64,000 nt of DNA from positions 8,494,001-8,558,000 of the forward strand of contig OX597836.1 in NCBI GenBank assembly GCA_951406725.2. Reading direction: 5' to 3'. Shown piece by piece: positions 39,691-53,454 of this stretch. Under the pieces are notes generated by a model, which was given only the letters and a program-made list of their open reading frames with translations, did not search any database and was not told the origin of the DNA. This DNA comes from Octopus vulgaris. Taxonomy: Eukaryota. Each line of letters begins with the position of its first letter. The first letter of the stretch is position 1. Both the position numbers and the translations under genes were made by a program.

Positions 39691-40681
39691 ATTTTTGAGT
39701 TCCCCCAATATTCTTTTGACTCATCAGTCTCAATCTAGTCAACTTGGTCTGTTGGTATTTTCTTTTTTTCCTTATTCTGTTTCAGACTGTTTCAACCACC
39801 ACATCACGCCTCTTGGGAAGATGAGATCTGGAAGACATTCCCCTGCAGCTGGCAATAACGTGAGAGACGTCTTCAGTCTTGGCTTTGAACAGCTAACATT
39901 TGTTGTCCGTCAACATTTTCTGCCTTTTATGCCGTTGTTGTTGTTGTTGTTGTTTTTAAGCAACAAGACGGGTAAAGGTGATTAGGTGATGGTCTAGGGC
40001 TTAGGAGCGGGAGACTCCAGACCTTATAAAAAAAAAACTTTGGTCGTCTTGTTATAGTCGAGGGCTCTTCGTTGACGCCCGACACCACTGGGAGGTGGCC
40101 CTCGCAGTCGCTGCAAATGGAGATCTCCAGGTCCAAATTCTTGAACGACAGCCTTTTATGCTGTATGTACTAGGCGGAGATGTTTTCTTGTTGAATTTCA
40201 TGGAGGTAGCCTTTCAAAGTGGCATCTCATAAAATTGTCGGCACTCGACGCTAAGCATTGAATGAGATTTATTTCCTTGCGTCTTTCGTACAAACTATCC
40301 ATGGACTACATTCACAGTTAAACTTGTTCAATTGTTTTTTAGTTGTTGCTCTGATAAACAGAATTTACCCGAGCTCCTTGGGGAGGGATCCGTATCAGCT
40401 CCTATTTCATGCCTCTCCTCGAGTTCATTAGCAGTTCCAATGTATCTATGCATATGCCTGTGTAAGTATGGCTATGTACGTAAACATACACACCGCCACA
40501 CGTATATATATTATATAATTTAAGATTGTTTTCAAGTGCCTTGTCTTAATTAAATCTACTTATGATATTGTTGTATATATTTAATGCATTAAAATCTGAT
40601 ATTTTTTTCACTTCAAGCTTTCTCGCTTATCATTTTGCACAAAAGCAGTTTCGGTATAACTGCGTAGTATTTCTCTACAGG

Positions 40682-40772
<91 letters not shown>

Positions 40773-40839
40773 CTCTATATATATATACCTATCTATCTAT
40801 CTCTCTATCTGTCTGTCTATATATCTATTTATCTGTCTA

Positions 40840-40878
<39 letters not shown>

Positions 40879-41005
40879 TTGTCTATCTATCTGTACATAT
40901 ATATATATATACATATATACATATATATATATTCATATATATATAGATTCATATATATATATATACATACACACACACACACACACACATAAGATATATA
41001 TCTAC

Positions 41006-41009
<4 letters not shown>

Positions 41010-41040
<31 letters not shown>

Positions 41041-41222
41041 TGTATGTATGTATGTATGTATGTATGTATGTATGTATGTATGTATGTATGTATGTATGTA
41101 TGTATGAATGTATGTGTGTATGTATGTATGTGTGTGTGTATGTTTGTATGTATGTATGTATGTATGTGTCTGTGTATGTATGTATGTGTCTGTGTATGTA
41201 TGTATGTATGTATGTATGTGTG

Positions 41223-41254
<32 letters not shown>

Positions 41255-41470
41255 TGTATTGTATGTATGTGTGTATATGTATGTTTGTATGTATGTATGT
41301 ATGTATGTGTGTGTGTATGTATGTATGTATGTATGTATGTATGTATGTATGTATGTATGTATGTGTGTGTGTATGTATGTATGTATGTATGTATGTATGT
41401 GTGTGTGTATGTATGTATGTGTGTGTGTATGTATGTATATATGTATGTATGTATGTATGTATGCATGCAT
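41010..41470. repeat. (TATG)n microsatellite
   Basis: Seen directly. Confidence 0.95.
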
Positions 41471-41616
41471 GTACAAGCGCGTGTGTGAAGTATGTTTTAT
41501 CATCAGTTATTATGTGAAGAAAAGAAAGATGATAGTAGTGATGATGATGATGGTCATGGGTCGGGGTTGGTGGGGTTGTGAAAAAGAGACCAGAGTGGAA
41601 CGGAGAAATACATTGC

Positions 41617-41670
<54 letters not shown>

Positions 41671-41799
41671 ACAATAAGAGAGAAAGACACTGAGAGAGAA
41701 AGGAAGAGCGAGAGATGAAGATGAGGGCCGAGATGGAGAAATACAATGGGAGAGAGAGAGAGAGAGAGTAAGGGAGAGAGGGATGGAGGGAGAGAGAGA

Positions 41800-41959
41800 G
41801 AGAGAGAGAACCACAAAGTTGACCTTCTGTTTGGCAAGAATTATGGTGTAACTTGAGATGATAATTTTCATACAAAGATGAGAGAGAGAACCACAAAGTT
41901 GACCTTCTGTTTGGCAAGAATTATGGTGTAACTTGAGATGATAATTTTCATACAAAGAT
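41800..41959. repeat. exact 80-bp tandem duplication
   Basis: gagagagaaccacaaagttgacc...catacaaagat occurs twice (ccac at 41811 and 41891). Confidence 0.92.
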
Positions 41960-42377
41960 ATATGACGGAGCGGTTTGTGATTTAAGTGGTCGTTCAGTTA
42001 ATACATTGTTCACAGCCCTGCCTTATTTGTGTCACAAACCTCCTATTTATCAATCTCCACACACACACACACACCACTATTCCGTCCTCTCCACCCCCCT
42101 TTCTTAATGCATGTCCTTCCTACCGAGTCACATGTACCAGGTTTAGTAAAGATACCGAGAGAGGCCGTAGCAATGCTGGAAATTCGCTAAGACGTTTGTT
42201 AGCGTTTTAAGAAAAACCCTCGGCAATGTATATCCTTAATTACACTTCCTTTTGTTTTTTGCATTTTTGTTTTATCTTAAACTTGTTTCAGTCATTGGAC
42301 TGCGACCATGCTGGATCACTGCTTTTGAAGGCTTTCGGTTGAGCGAATAGACTGCAGAGCTTATCTTTTAAAGTTTG

Positions 42378-42790
42378 AGGCGTAGGAGTGGCTGTGTGGT
42401 ATGTAGCTTGCTTATGAACAACATGGTTCCGGGTCCAGTCCCACTGCGTGGCACCTTGGGCAAGTGACTTCTACGATAGCCTCGGGTCGAGTAAAGCCTT
42501 GTCAGTGGATTTGGTAGACGGAAACTGAAAAGAAGCCCATCGCATATATGCATATGTATATGTATATATGTGTGGGGGTGTTTGTGTGTCTGTGTTTGTC
42601 CCCACACCATCGCTTGACAACTTGTGCTGGTGTATTTATGTCCCTGTAACTTAGCGGTTCGGCAAAAGAGACCGATAGAATAAGCACTAGGCTTTCAAAG
42701 AATAAGTCCTGGGGCCGATTTTCTCGACTCAAGGCGATGCTCCAGCATGGCCGTAGTCAAATGACTGAAACAAGTAAAAGAATAAAAGAA
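42378..42790 (+). mobile_element. SINE family A, full length
   Basis: Family A match. Confidence 0.87.
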
Positions 42791-42964
42791 TATTCCATCG
42801 GATCGCTAATGTACGGGGGCGTAAACACACTAACACCGGTTATCAAACTGTGATGGACACACACGCACATACATACGTGGTCTGATCAATGAGTACTGTT
42901 GCCATAGTAACGAAGTTAAAGCACGCAGACTAAAGCCGCTCGGCAAAGATTGATCTTGAACTCT

Positions 42965-43305
42965 GCTGAGTGGACTGGAAGAACGGGAAATAAAGTGTCT
43001 TGCTCAAGGACACAATGCGTCGCTGGGAATTGAACTCACGACCTTGCGATTGCGAACCGAATGCCCTAACTACTAAACCACATGCTACACACACATATGT
43101 GTGTGTGCGTATGTATGTATCTAAGTTTATGTGTTTGTCGCCCCACCATTGCTTGACAATCGATGTTGGTGTGTTTACGTCCCCGGAATCTAGCGGTTTG
43201 GCAAAGAAGAGCGATAGAATAAGTAGCAAGCTTACAAAGAATAAGTCCTGTGCTCGATCCTATGACCGCGAGTTCACTGCCCTAGCCGCTGGGTCATTGC
43301 GCCTA
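42965..43305. mobile_element. cluster of SINE fragments: D (-), A 3' half (+), C head (-)
   Basis: Each piece matches other copies in the window. Confidence 0.65.
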
Positions 43306-43319
43306 CACACAGTCGCCCA

Positions 43320-43672
43320 GTATGTATGTATGTATGTATGTATGTATGTATGTATGTATGTATGTATGTATGTATGTATGTATGTATGTATGTATGTATG
43401 TATGTATGTATGATGTATGTATGTATGTATGTATGTATGTATGTCTGTATGTATGTATGTATGTATGTATGTATGTATGTATGTATGTATGTATGTATGT
43501 ATGTATGTATGTATGTATGTATGTATGTATGTATGTATGTATGTATGTATGCTTACATGCCTGCATGTATGTATGATGTATGTATGTATGTATGTGTGTG
43601 TGTGTATGTATGTATGTATGTATGTATGTATGTATGTATGTATGTATGTATGTATGTATGTATGTATGTATG

Positions 43673-43704
<32 letters not shown>

Positions 43705-43759
43705 TGTATGTATGTATGTATGTATGTATGTATGTATGTATGATGTATGTATGTATGTA

Positions 43760-43790
<31 letters not shown>

Positions 43791-43833
43791 ATGTATGTAT
43801 GTATGTATGTATGTATGTATGTGTGTGTGTGTG
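43320..43833. repeat. (TATG)n microsatellite, ~510 bp
   Basis: Seen directly. Confidence 0.95.
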
Positions 43834-44200
43834 TATCTATATATAATCGTATATAAACCGTTAAAATGCTAAGCATACTTACCATTTGCAAGAACAACGA
43901 TACTAACAACAGCAACAACACTAACAACAACAGGAACAATAATAACAACAACAACCACAACTACCACAATAACAGTAACAACAACAGCAGCAACAATAAC
44001 AGCAGCAGCAATGTGAGCAAGAGGACCGCCATCATCATCACCGAACACTACCACGACAGCATGAAACACAAGACCACCAACACCCAAACACCAACGATGA
44101 CAAACAACAACAACAACAACAACAAAAACAACAACAGCAACAACAACAACAATCATGACGGCAAGCAATTAAAAGCAAAGATAAGCCAGGACTTTGGGGT

Positions 44201-44335
44201 TCGAATGATACGATCATCATTCGACCGCAAACGCGGTTTATAAAGGAAGTCGGATTACTGACGTCATATTGCCTTTCAGCCAATCAGGTTGTAGACGTCT
44301 GCTGCAGGCCTAATCCTCCCCCCCCCCCGCCCGCC
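44201..44335 (-). promoter_or_regulatory. candidate Pol II promoter/enhancer
   Basis: GC box (44327-44332), AGCCAATCA (44278-44286), full CRE TGACGTCA (44259-44266), GGAAGT (44245-44250) and TTTATAAA (44237-44244), in the order expected for leftward transcription, within unique CpG-rich DNA. Confidence 0.4.
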
Positions 44336-44596
44336 ACACTCCCGTCGCCGCCCTCTGACCCTCTTTATCAACCAGGCTGATGGCCTTCTACGCTGTGTTA
44401 TTGTCGCAGCAGCTTTGCAAGTTCACAGAAAGCGTTTCTGAGGAGAAGTTTTATCATTAGTTTATGTGTGACAAATATGATATTATTACAATAATGAAGT
44501 GAATAACCAAAGGTGCGCGTGCGCCGGGAGACGGATGTAGACGTGCGTGGTTGCGGGGGGACGGGGGTGCATGCAAGTATGCACGTGGCTGTTAGA

Positions 44597-44704
44597 CGCA
44601 GGAATGGCTATGTGGTAAGTAGTTTGCATACCAACCACATGGTTCCGGGTTCAGTGCAAAGCCTTGTGAGTGGACTTGGTAAACGGAAACTGAAAGAAGC
44701 CCAT

Positions 44705-44752
<48 letters not shown>

Positions 44753-44863
44753 TGCTCGCTTAGCCAGCGGGGTGGCGTCATTCGAAGGCTAAAACAATGC
44801 GAACGCATTGTGACCAGCGATGTGTAACAACATCTGATGGTCTGGTCGGTCACGTGATCACGT

Positions 44864-44910
<47 letters not shown>

Positions 44911-45063
44911 TGTGTGCCTGTGTTTGTCCGTCCACCATCATCGCTTGACAACCGATGCTAGTGTGTTTACATCCCCATAACTTTGCAGTTCGACAAAAAA
45001 ACACCTGATAGAATAAACACTAGGCTTACAAGGAATAAGTCCTGGGGTCGAATTGTCCGACTA
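44597..45063 (+). mobile_element. SINE family A carrying the 120-bp module (44750-44871) in its TA tract
   Basis: Family A halves flank the (TA)n-embedded insert. Confidence 0.8.
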
Positions 45064-45219
45064 GCACAAGGCCAGCAATTGTAGTGAAGGAGGAGGTAAA
45101 TCCAAAAGGACGAAAAGCAAAGTCGATGCCGGCGTCATTTGAAGTTAGACCGTAAAGATGGACGACAAACCGCAAAGTAGTTCGCCAGCTCTGATTGTAA
45201 TTCTGTCGTTCTGAGCAAG

Positions 45220-45660
45220 GAGGTGAGCTGGCAGAATCGTTAGCACACTGGACGAAATGCTTAGCGGCATTTCAGGTTCAAATTCCGCCGGGGGTAGAAT
45301 TTACTTTTTATCCTTTCGGAGTTGGTAAATTAAGTACCATTTGAGCACAGGGGTCAATATAATCGATTAGCCCCTTTCTCTCAAATTTTAAGGTCTTGTG
45401 CCTATAATAGAAAGGATTATTATTATCATTGTTGTTAAGGCGTGAACAGGCAGAAACGTTAGCACGCCGAACGAGATGCTTAGCGGCATTTCGTCCGTCT
45501 CTTTACGTTCTAAGTTCAAATTCCACCGGAGTCGACTTTACCTTTCATCCTTTCGGGGTCGATAAATTAAGAACCTGTCAGGTACTGAGGTCCATGTAGA
45601 CGACTATCCCTGTCCCAACAAATTCCAGGCCTTGGGCCTACAGAAGAAATTATTATTATT
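45220..45660 (+). mobile_element. two tandem SINE family B copies with (ATT)n tails
   Basis: Heads at ~45220 and ~45438; each ends cttgtgcctata/cttgggcctaca...attatt. Confidence 0.75.
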
Positions 45661-45670
45661 ATTGTTATTG

Positions 45671-45735
<65 letters not shown>

Positions 45736-46434
45736 TCACTATTATCACTATTAAGGCGGCGAGGTGGTAGAATCATTACCGCACCGGGCGAAATGCTTAG
45801 GGGCTCTGATGAAGGTGGTATTGGTGACGGAGGTGGTGGTGGTGGTAGTATTAGTAGACGTGGTGGCAGTGACAGTGATGGTGATGGTGGTGATGCTGAT
45901 GGTGCTGATGGTGGTGGTTGTACTAGTGGTGTCTTTATCGTTAAAAAAAAGACCTCACTGGTCAGTACGGTGTTACCATCCACCGCCGCCGCCACCCAAC
46001 CTTTCCTCCCCACCACCATCCCCACACCTCCGCACCTTCCGATTCCAGTCGTTATTTTTGGTATCCCCTTCTACGGGATTAACAAAAAAGGACAAAAAAA
46101 TCAAAATTAAAAAATCAGGAAAAAAAACATTCTTCAAGATCAAAAAAAATTACAAGATTCGATCATTGTGACTCACAGGAACAAGACAACAACAACAACA
46201 GCACCAACAACAACAGCAACAGTACCACCAACAACAATAGAAGCGAAAACACAAAGGAATTAGGATAACAATAACAACAACAACCTTAACACAAAATCCT
46301 TAATCTCCGTTGGTTTCCTGCAAATATTCTCTCATTCTCATTCCTCTCTCTCTCTCTTTCTCTTTCTCTCTTACTTTCTCTAATTTTTTTTTTTTACAAA
46401 TACACACTTGTAGACATGGACAGCAACGAGATGC

Positions 46435-46493
<59 letters not shown>

Positions 46494-46510
46494 TATCTGT
46501 GTGTGTGTGG

Positions 46511-46541
<31 letters not shown>

Positions 46542-46706
46542 CATACACATATATACACGTATATACACATACATATATACGCCTATTTATACATGATATG
46601 CATATATATATTTTTTAACATATGCAATATACACACACATATATATATATATATAGGTTAGTGCATAACTGTGACAATCTACTCACGCACACCCAAGTAT
46701 ATATAC

Positions 46707-46750
<44 letters not shown>

Positions 46751-47278
46751 AAATATATGGATGTATATTGATGTTTGTATGTACTTATATATATATATAC
46801 ATATACATATCCATATATATATACACTTATGTATGTATGTGTATATATATATATTATATATATGTACAACCGAGAAGCTAGAGTGACTCAGAGGCCATAA
46901 GTCTCGTGCCAATGCACTCACCAAACTTATCACGACTCTTTAGTGTATTAGCACCAAACTCTAGCGATCTGAGTCACAATATCCCCATATATATATATAT
47001 GAACTTCTATGTATGTATATATGCATATACGTATATACGCAGCCACTGGTATCTATTTTCCCATAAATACACGAAATTCTTTTTCTAAAGGCATTTTTTT
47101 TTTATTTCTTGTCATAAATTTTAATTAGTCTTATTTTGCTTTCGCTTATTTAAACTCTCTCAATCGCTTAAGACATAAGTATGTACCAACCATACATATA
47201 AACACATACACATGTTCTCATATACATACAGTTACATAGCTATATGCTCACACATACATATATGTGTGCGTATACATG

Positions 47279-47358
<80 letters not shown>

Positions 47359-47432
47359 GGTAGGTATGTACATACATTCACTTCAATAAACAGAAAGATA
47401 TATACACACAGTAGCACACATATACTCATCAG

Positions 47433-47495
<63 letters not shown>

Positions 47496-47540
47496 TATAT
47501 ATATATAATACATATATATATATATATATATACATATATA

Positions 47541-47640
<100 letters not shown>

Positions 47641-47662
47641 ATATACATATATATAGATATAT

Positions 47663-47705
<43 letters not shown>

Positions 47706-48120
47706 TATATACCCATACACACACACACATATATATATATCGTGTACATGTATATATATGTGTGCGTGTGTATATACACACATACACACACACACGCTTA
47801 TTTGTAGACACGATCGTACAATCGTCCCAGTCACCCGACAGGAGATGGAGAATTCATATCAATAGGTTGTTTATTTATTTACTTCCTATTGTTTTATTTT
47901 ATTTGTTTTTCTTATTTACTTTCTAAATATAGTCATTCCCCCCTCCCGCCTTCTGCATGTGATATAAACAGAATCATCGAATATCGCTCGGTGGGTGGCG
48001 GTGCTGCACTCTAGCGGGTTTCATTGTTATTCGGGTGGTTTATTTACTTCATTTAAGATATACACGCACTGAAACACGTATGTACACACATATACTAACA
48101 CACACATACATATACACACG

Positions 48121-48159
<39 letters not shown>

Positions 48160-48310
48160 CATATACATCTATGAGTATATATATAAATATACATATATAA
48201 TACATATATATATATATATACTTATACATATTTGTAAATATTTATTTGTGTGTATGTATATGTATATGTAGATGTATGTGTGTATGTGTATATATGTGTG
48301 TATGTGTGTG

Positions 48311-48490
48311 CCATGATAGATCGTTAGCCACTACACACATTTTTTTCTCTCCTTGTTTTCTGTGTCCCTTTCTGTAGAAGAGCATCGGCTCGAAACGTAA
48401 AAGACTTTTTCTATTCCTAAGCGTTATACTAATACATCTGTTTGATTTGTACACCACCTGTCTTCGTCTTTTGTTTTTTTCGTAAACTCT

Positions 48491-48493
<3 letters not shown>
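48311..48493 (+). mobile_element. ~180-bp hammerhead-bearing mini-element ending in (TA)n
   Basis: Same layout as 3990-4188 (pyrimidine-rich leader, hammerhead, T-rich tail). Its 5' end ccatgatagatcg recurs at ~9440. Confidence 0.7.
48368..48403 (+). ncRNA. minimal hammerhead, core variant CUGUAGA
   Basis: cttt-ctgtaga-a-gagc atcg gctc-gaaa-cg-ta-aaag. Confidence 0.6.
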
Positions 48494-48559
<66 letters not shown>

Positions 48560-48621
48560 ATATATATGGCGATATATATATATGTATATATCTTATATAT
48601 ATATATGGACTTATATATATA

Positions 48622-48696
<75 letters not shown>

Positions 48697-48774
48697 TTCA
48701 AAATGTAATCACGTGTGTATCGTTGGCGATTTTCTTCCTCCGTCTTCCTCTTCTTTTGGACTTTCTACTATACC

Positions 48775-48807
48775 GTTCTGAAGAGAGAGAGCTCGAAACG
48801 AAAAGAC
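48775..48807 (+). ncRNA. decayed hammerhead of the same mini-element class
   Basis: gtt-ctgaaga-gagagagctc-gaaa-cgaaaagac; cleavage triplet lost. Confidence 0.35.
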
Positions 48808-49010
48808 GTCAACAAGAAACTATGGCATTACAACCAGCCAGGAACAGTCTTCGTTACATTTCCGGTACCTGCCAGAGGGAGTGTTTGTCCAGGATAGGAC
48901 TACACGGTCACAGCAGGAAATGTATCAGGACATGAAATGTAAAAGCCGGACTAGACTACTTTATGCGCAACTCCATTGTCTCCCGAGACAAAAAGGATGC
49001 CAACCAACAA
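48808..49010 (+). mobile_element. RTE-clade LINE 3' end
   Basis: [20 protein letters not shown] matches the RTE/BovB-type terminal C-x-R-x-C-x-SRIGL-x-x-H-x-R-x-C motif, followed by a short UTR with a gtctc-cc-gagac hairpin. Confidence 0.72.
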
Positions 49011-49055
49011 CCAATGTATATATATATATATATATATACACACACATAAACATAC

Positions 49056-49406
49056 ATATGATGGACTCTCTTGTGAACGACAAATGATGGTTCAATATAT
49101 ATAAATCTCTGAGCGCGGTATAAACAGTAGCTGCACGACATCGTGAAGTATATTTGCCACTTAAATGTGGCTAACCTTTAAAAGTGGATGCTACTGTAGA
49201 TTGTAGTCCCAGGAAGACATCTCCTCCAGCTGGCTACTGACACACTTTCTGTGCCCTATGAGTATTTGCAAAGGGAAGTTATCCTTCCCATCTCCAGCCT
49301 GACGTGATACACACGGACCCGAGTTTCTGGGTATTGACCCGTCATCAGCGTGTGACAATCACCGGTTGTCGATATGATGGACTCTTTTGTCGTGAACAAC
49401 AAATGA
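49056..49406 (-). mobile_element. retrozyme-like unit: ~316-bp monomer with terminal direct repeat and one hammerhead
   Basis: atatgatggactct...gtgaac(g/a)acaaatga at 49056-49087 and 49372-49406. Confidence 0.6.
49311..49353 (-). ncRNA. minimal type I hammerhead ribozyme
   Basis: Minus strand acacg-ctgatga-c gggt caat accc a-gaaa-ctcggg-tc-cgtgt. Intact core, 5-bp stem I, GUC triplet; C.A mismatch at the base of stem II. Confidence 0.8.
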
Positions 49407-49779
49407 GTGTCCAATAAAATAAAGCAGTAATCATGTTCTGTGAAAAGGAATGTGTCTCTTGAGGCCTACTGCTGCTGCATTGAAAACCTCTTGGTAAATA
49501 GAACAAGTTGAGGACTCAGTTTGCTTAAAGTGCTTGTGAATCATTTGGTATGTGTTTTCTTGAGTGGACGGCAAGGCCTGCCTTGTTGCGCGTCACAAAA
49601 CCACAATGACTGGTAAACTTTTCGTTTAGAGGACCGGTGTTTGGTCACCGTGCGTCGTTGCTTGCACGAAGTTGGTCCCGATCCTGGAGTCGACTTTGCT
49701 CAAACCTTTGAACCGAGGAGAAGCAGCACTGGCGCCTGCTCCTTCGTTCTGATGATTTGTTGTCCCAGTTTTTAGGTGG

Positions 49780-49960
49780 TGGCCATGTTGTAGCAACGTC
49801 TTCAAGAATTTTAGTCGAGCAAATCGTCTCAAGTACTTATTTTTGAAAACCTTGTTACTTATTCTATCCGCTCCTTTTTGCCGAACCGCTAATGCTACAG
49901 AATCGTATACACACCAACATCAATTGCCAAGCGGTGGTGGGAGACAAACACAGACGCAAA
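49780..49960 (-). mobile_element. SINE family A, 3' half, diverged
   Basis: tttagtcgagcaaatcg...tgccgaaccgctaa...gacaaacacagac. Confidence 0.65.
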
Positions 49961-50691
49961 TACACAAATATGTACACACAGACACACATACACGCATCAC
50001 ACACACAAATACACACACACAAGCACATACACAAACACAGAAACACCAATACACACATACACAAGTGATATTCTGCGATCATCACTGATAGTATTTTGAA
50101 TCCTTTGAATGAATTGCCGTGCCCTAATAGTTCCTAATAGAATGCCTTTCCTTATTTGAAAGAATTGAAACATTCTCGCCAGAGAGTTCCAGTTCCATCC
50201 AAGCTTTGCGTACAAAGGGTCTTGCAACATTTACAAAGTTGGCCATTTCCAAATCACTGTGTTCCGCAATATATGGCAACGAAGCATTATGGCAATATAT
50301 GGCAATAAAGACAGAATGCATTTTAAATTCTTTTGTTACCATTTTAACTACCATGGTGAATCTCAAAGAAGCGAAATCTTTTAATTAATTTCAAGAGATA
50401 ATAAAGTGTCCTCAAATATCCTTCGCAGCCTGTACATATATTGTAGCGTATTCGTCTCTGTAGACATCTACTCAAGTCGAAATATGGTCACAAGTCTCTT
50501 TGGGAACTTTCTTTCAGGCAAAAATATTACTGTCAGTGCCATTCCACATTTGTATACACTATGAATGCTATGCACACCAATATACATACACACATAAACA
50601 CATACATACATACATACATACATTCATGCATTCATACATACATACATACATACATACATACATACATACATACATACATACATACATACAC

Positions 50692-50810
50692 AGAACTGTA
50701 AATGTCTATAAAACCTTCCAGAAGTTTATCATTTAAATATATATGAGCATGTCTAGATATGCAACTATATGCATGAGAATACATACATAAAACATACAAA
50801 TCTGCACATA
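50692..50810 (+). mobile_element. 5'-truncated copy of the REL LINE end inside (TACA)n
   Basis: gaactgtaaatgtctataaaaccttccagaagtttatcatttaa...tctagatatgcaac matches 59322-59420. Confidence 0.78.
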
Positions 50811-51938
50811 CATACACACATACATACATACATACATACATACATACATACATACATACATACATACAATGCATACATACATATAGGCAGATATATGCGT
50901 ATGTATGTATTTGTCAGAATGCAGGACACTAATTCATAAAATATTGTTATGTTGAACACAGTACTTATGTCAATTAAGACTATTGGCTCCTCTCACTTGT
51001 AAGACATTCTTCGTTTTTTTTCTTCTTTACCACGTGATACATTACCATATTGGAATGAAGGAATGAATGAAAGGATTTGCTGATAGCCTTTTGCGTATCT
51101 AAGGATCCAGTGTTCTTCTACGCGACACTATTAATAATGAATTACCAACCACATAAATCTCATCAATTTAGGATGACCTACAAACGCAATGTTTATTTTT
51201 CCTTCTTTACTAACTAACTTATAAACACAACAACAGCAACAACGAGAACAACGGCAACAACTACAACAACAACAACAACACAGGCATCCGCGATCGTATT
51301 TTGGATCTGAGTGCGCATGTATCGCGGTCGACAATATTTATGTAATTTTATGAATAGAGAACTTTCCAGAAGACACCGTCTATTGAAGAATTCATCGACG
51401 CCAATTTAAATTGTATATATAGAAGAAAGGTTTCATGATATGAAGTCACTGGAATTAAACACCACAAGAAGGAATTTGTGTCATATATACGCATATATAC
51501 GCATTTGTACATACGTATATAGATACATGTCTACACGCACACCCCCACACACGCGTATATACGTATATATATATATATGTATATATGTAAGGAAAATAAG
51601 ACTACCTTCTCTTATTTTCCTTATACATATCAACTCGTGTGTTAGTTTTTAACTTTCTACATACACACACACATATATATACATATATATACATACATAC
51701 ATATATACATATACATACACACACACACACACACATATATATATGTATATATATATATATGTATATATATGTATATATATATATGTATATATATATGTAT
51801 ATATATATATATATATATATTTCCCTGTGTGTATAGTGGAGGTGGAATATGTTAATTCCTCTATACAATATTTCACATTCACATACGTAACTAGTCTACA
51901 AAAATGGTTTCTAACAGAGTCACAAGACCGGCAATTGG

Positions 51939-51998
<60 letters not shown>

Positions 51999-52023
51999 GT
52001 ATATTATGACCTGTGCATATATG

Positions 52024-52077
<54 letters not shown>

Positions 52078-52411
52078 CATAGCAATATACACACACATTA
52101 TATAAATACAAACACACATGTATATATATTTATACATACAAATACATATATATACATATCTATCTATCTATATACACACACACAAATACGCACATATATC
52201 TATATACATACATATATAGATATGTATGTATATGCGGTTGACTTTTGTTATTAAAGTATTGTTTCTCTCATTAATTATTCGTATATGTGCGTGGGTTCGT
52301 GTGCAGGTGTGTATATATATGAATATATATGTACGCGTGTGTACGTGCGTAATACAACTGTGTTTGTAAGCGAGAATGAATACATACAATCATATATATA
52401 TGTATGTATAA

Positions 52412-52496
<85 letters not shown>

Positions 52497-52926
52497 TGTA
52501 TGTATGTGTGTGTGTATGTATATGTAAGGATGAAGTAGAAAATTACAACAGAAACCCTTAGAAAATACATCAGTGGGTAGGTGTGTGGGTGAGTGGTAGT
52601 TCTGGTGGGGGTGGTCAGGTGTGGGTAGGCTGTGTCAGTGATGGGGACTGTGTGGTAGTGGCGGTGATGGTATGTTTGTAGTAGGGGCGTGGGTGGGGTT
52701 TGTGGTGTGGTGTGGGGGTGGGGGTGGGGGTGATAAAAGAAAGAAAACAATAAATATATAAAAAAAATAATAAAAGGCTGCCGAAAAAGGAAGAAAAAAA
52801 AAACAGAAAGAAAGAAACAATAATTTTAGGAACAAAAGAAAAGAAAAGAAAAGAAAACAAAACAAACGGAAATATTTCAAATTCCTCTGACGCCCATTGC
52901 TTCAGTTTTGTCAGCCGTCAATATAC

Positions 52927-52961
<35 letters not shown>

Positions 52962-53036
52962 TGCAATGTATGTACATGTGTATGAGTATGTATGTATCTA
53001 TATGTATGTGTACATATATATATATATATACAAATA

Positions 53037-53109
<73 letters not shown>

Positions 53110-53178
53110 TTCAGTATATATATATATATAAATATATATATATGGATATATATATATTTATATATATAAGTATATGTT

Positions 53179-53217
<39 letters not shown>

Positions 53218-53287
53218 CATAAATACACATATATGTATTTATATATGTATATACATATATATATACAATAATTATATACATATACAT

Positions 53288-53324
<37 letters not shown>

Positions 53325-53412
53325 CAATATATATATACACACGCATATATGTAAATAGGTTTATATATTTTATATATTCATATATGTATGTATTTTTATA
53401 TATATATTTGTA

Positions 53413-53454
<42 letters not shown>

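Noticed and set aside
45764-46110. Gly/Asp-rich ORFs
   Set aside because: Built from (GGT)/(GAT) repeats fused to a SINE B head.
50095-50400. Possible CR1/L2 C-terminal relic (LYAKLGW...FFQI, minus strand)
   Set aside because: The motif is too short and decayed to support by eye.
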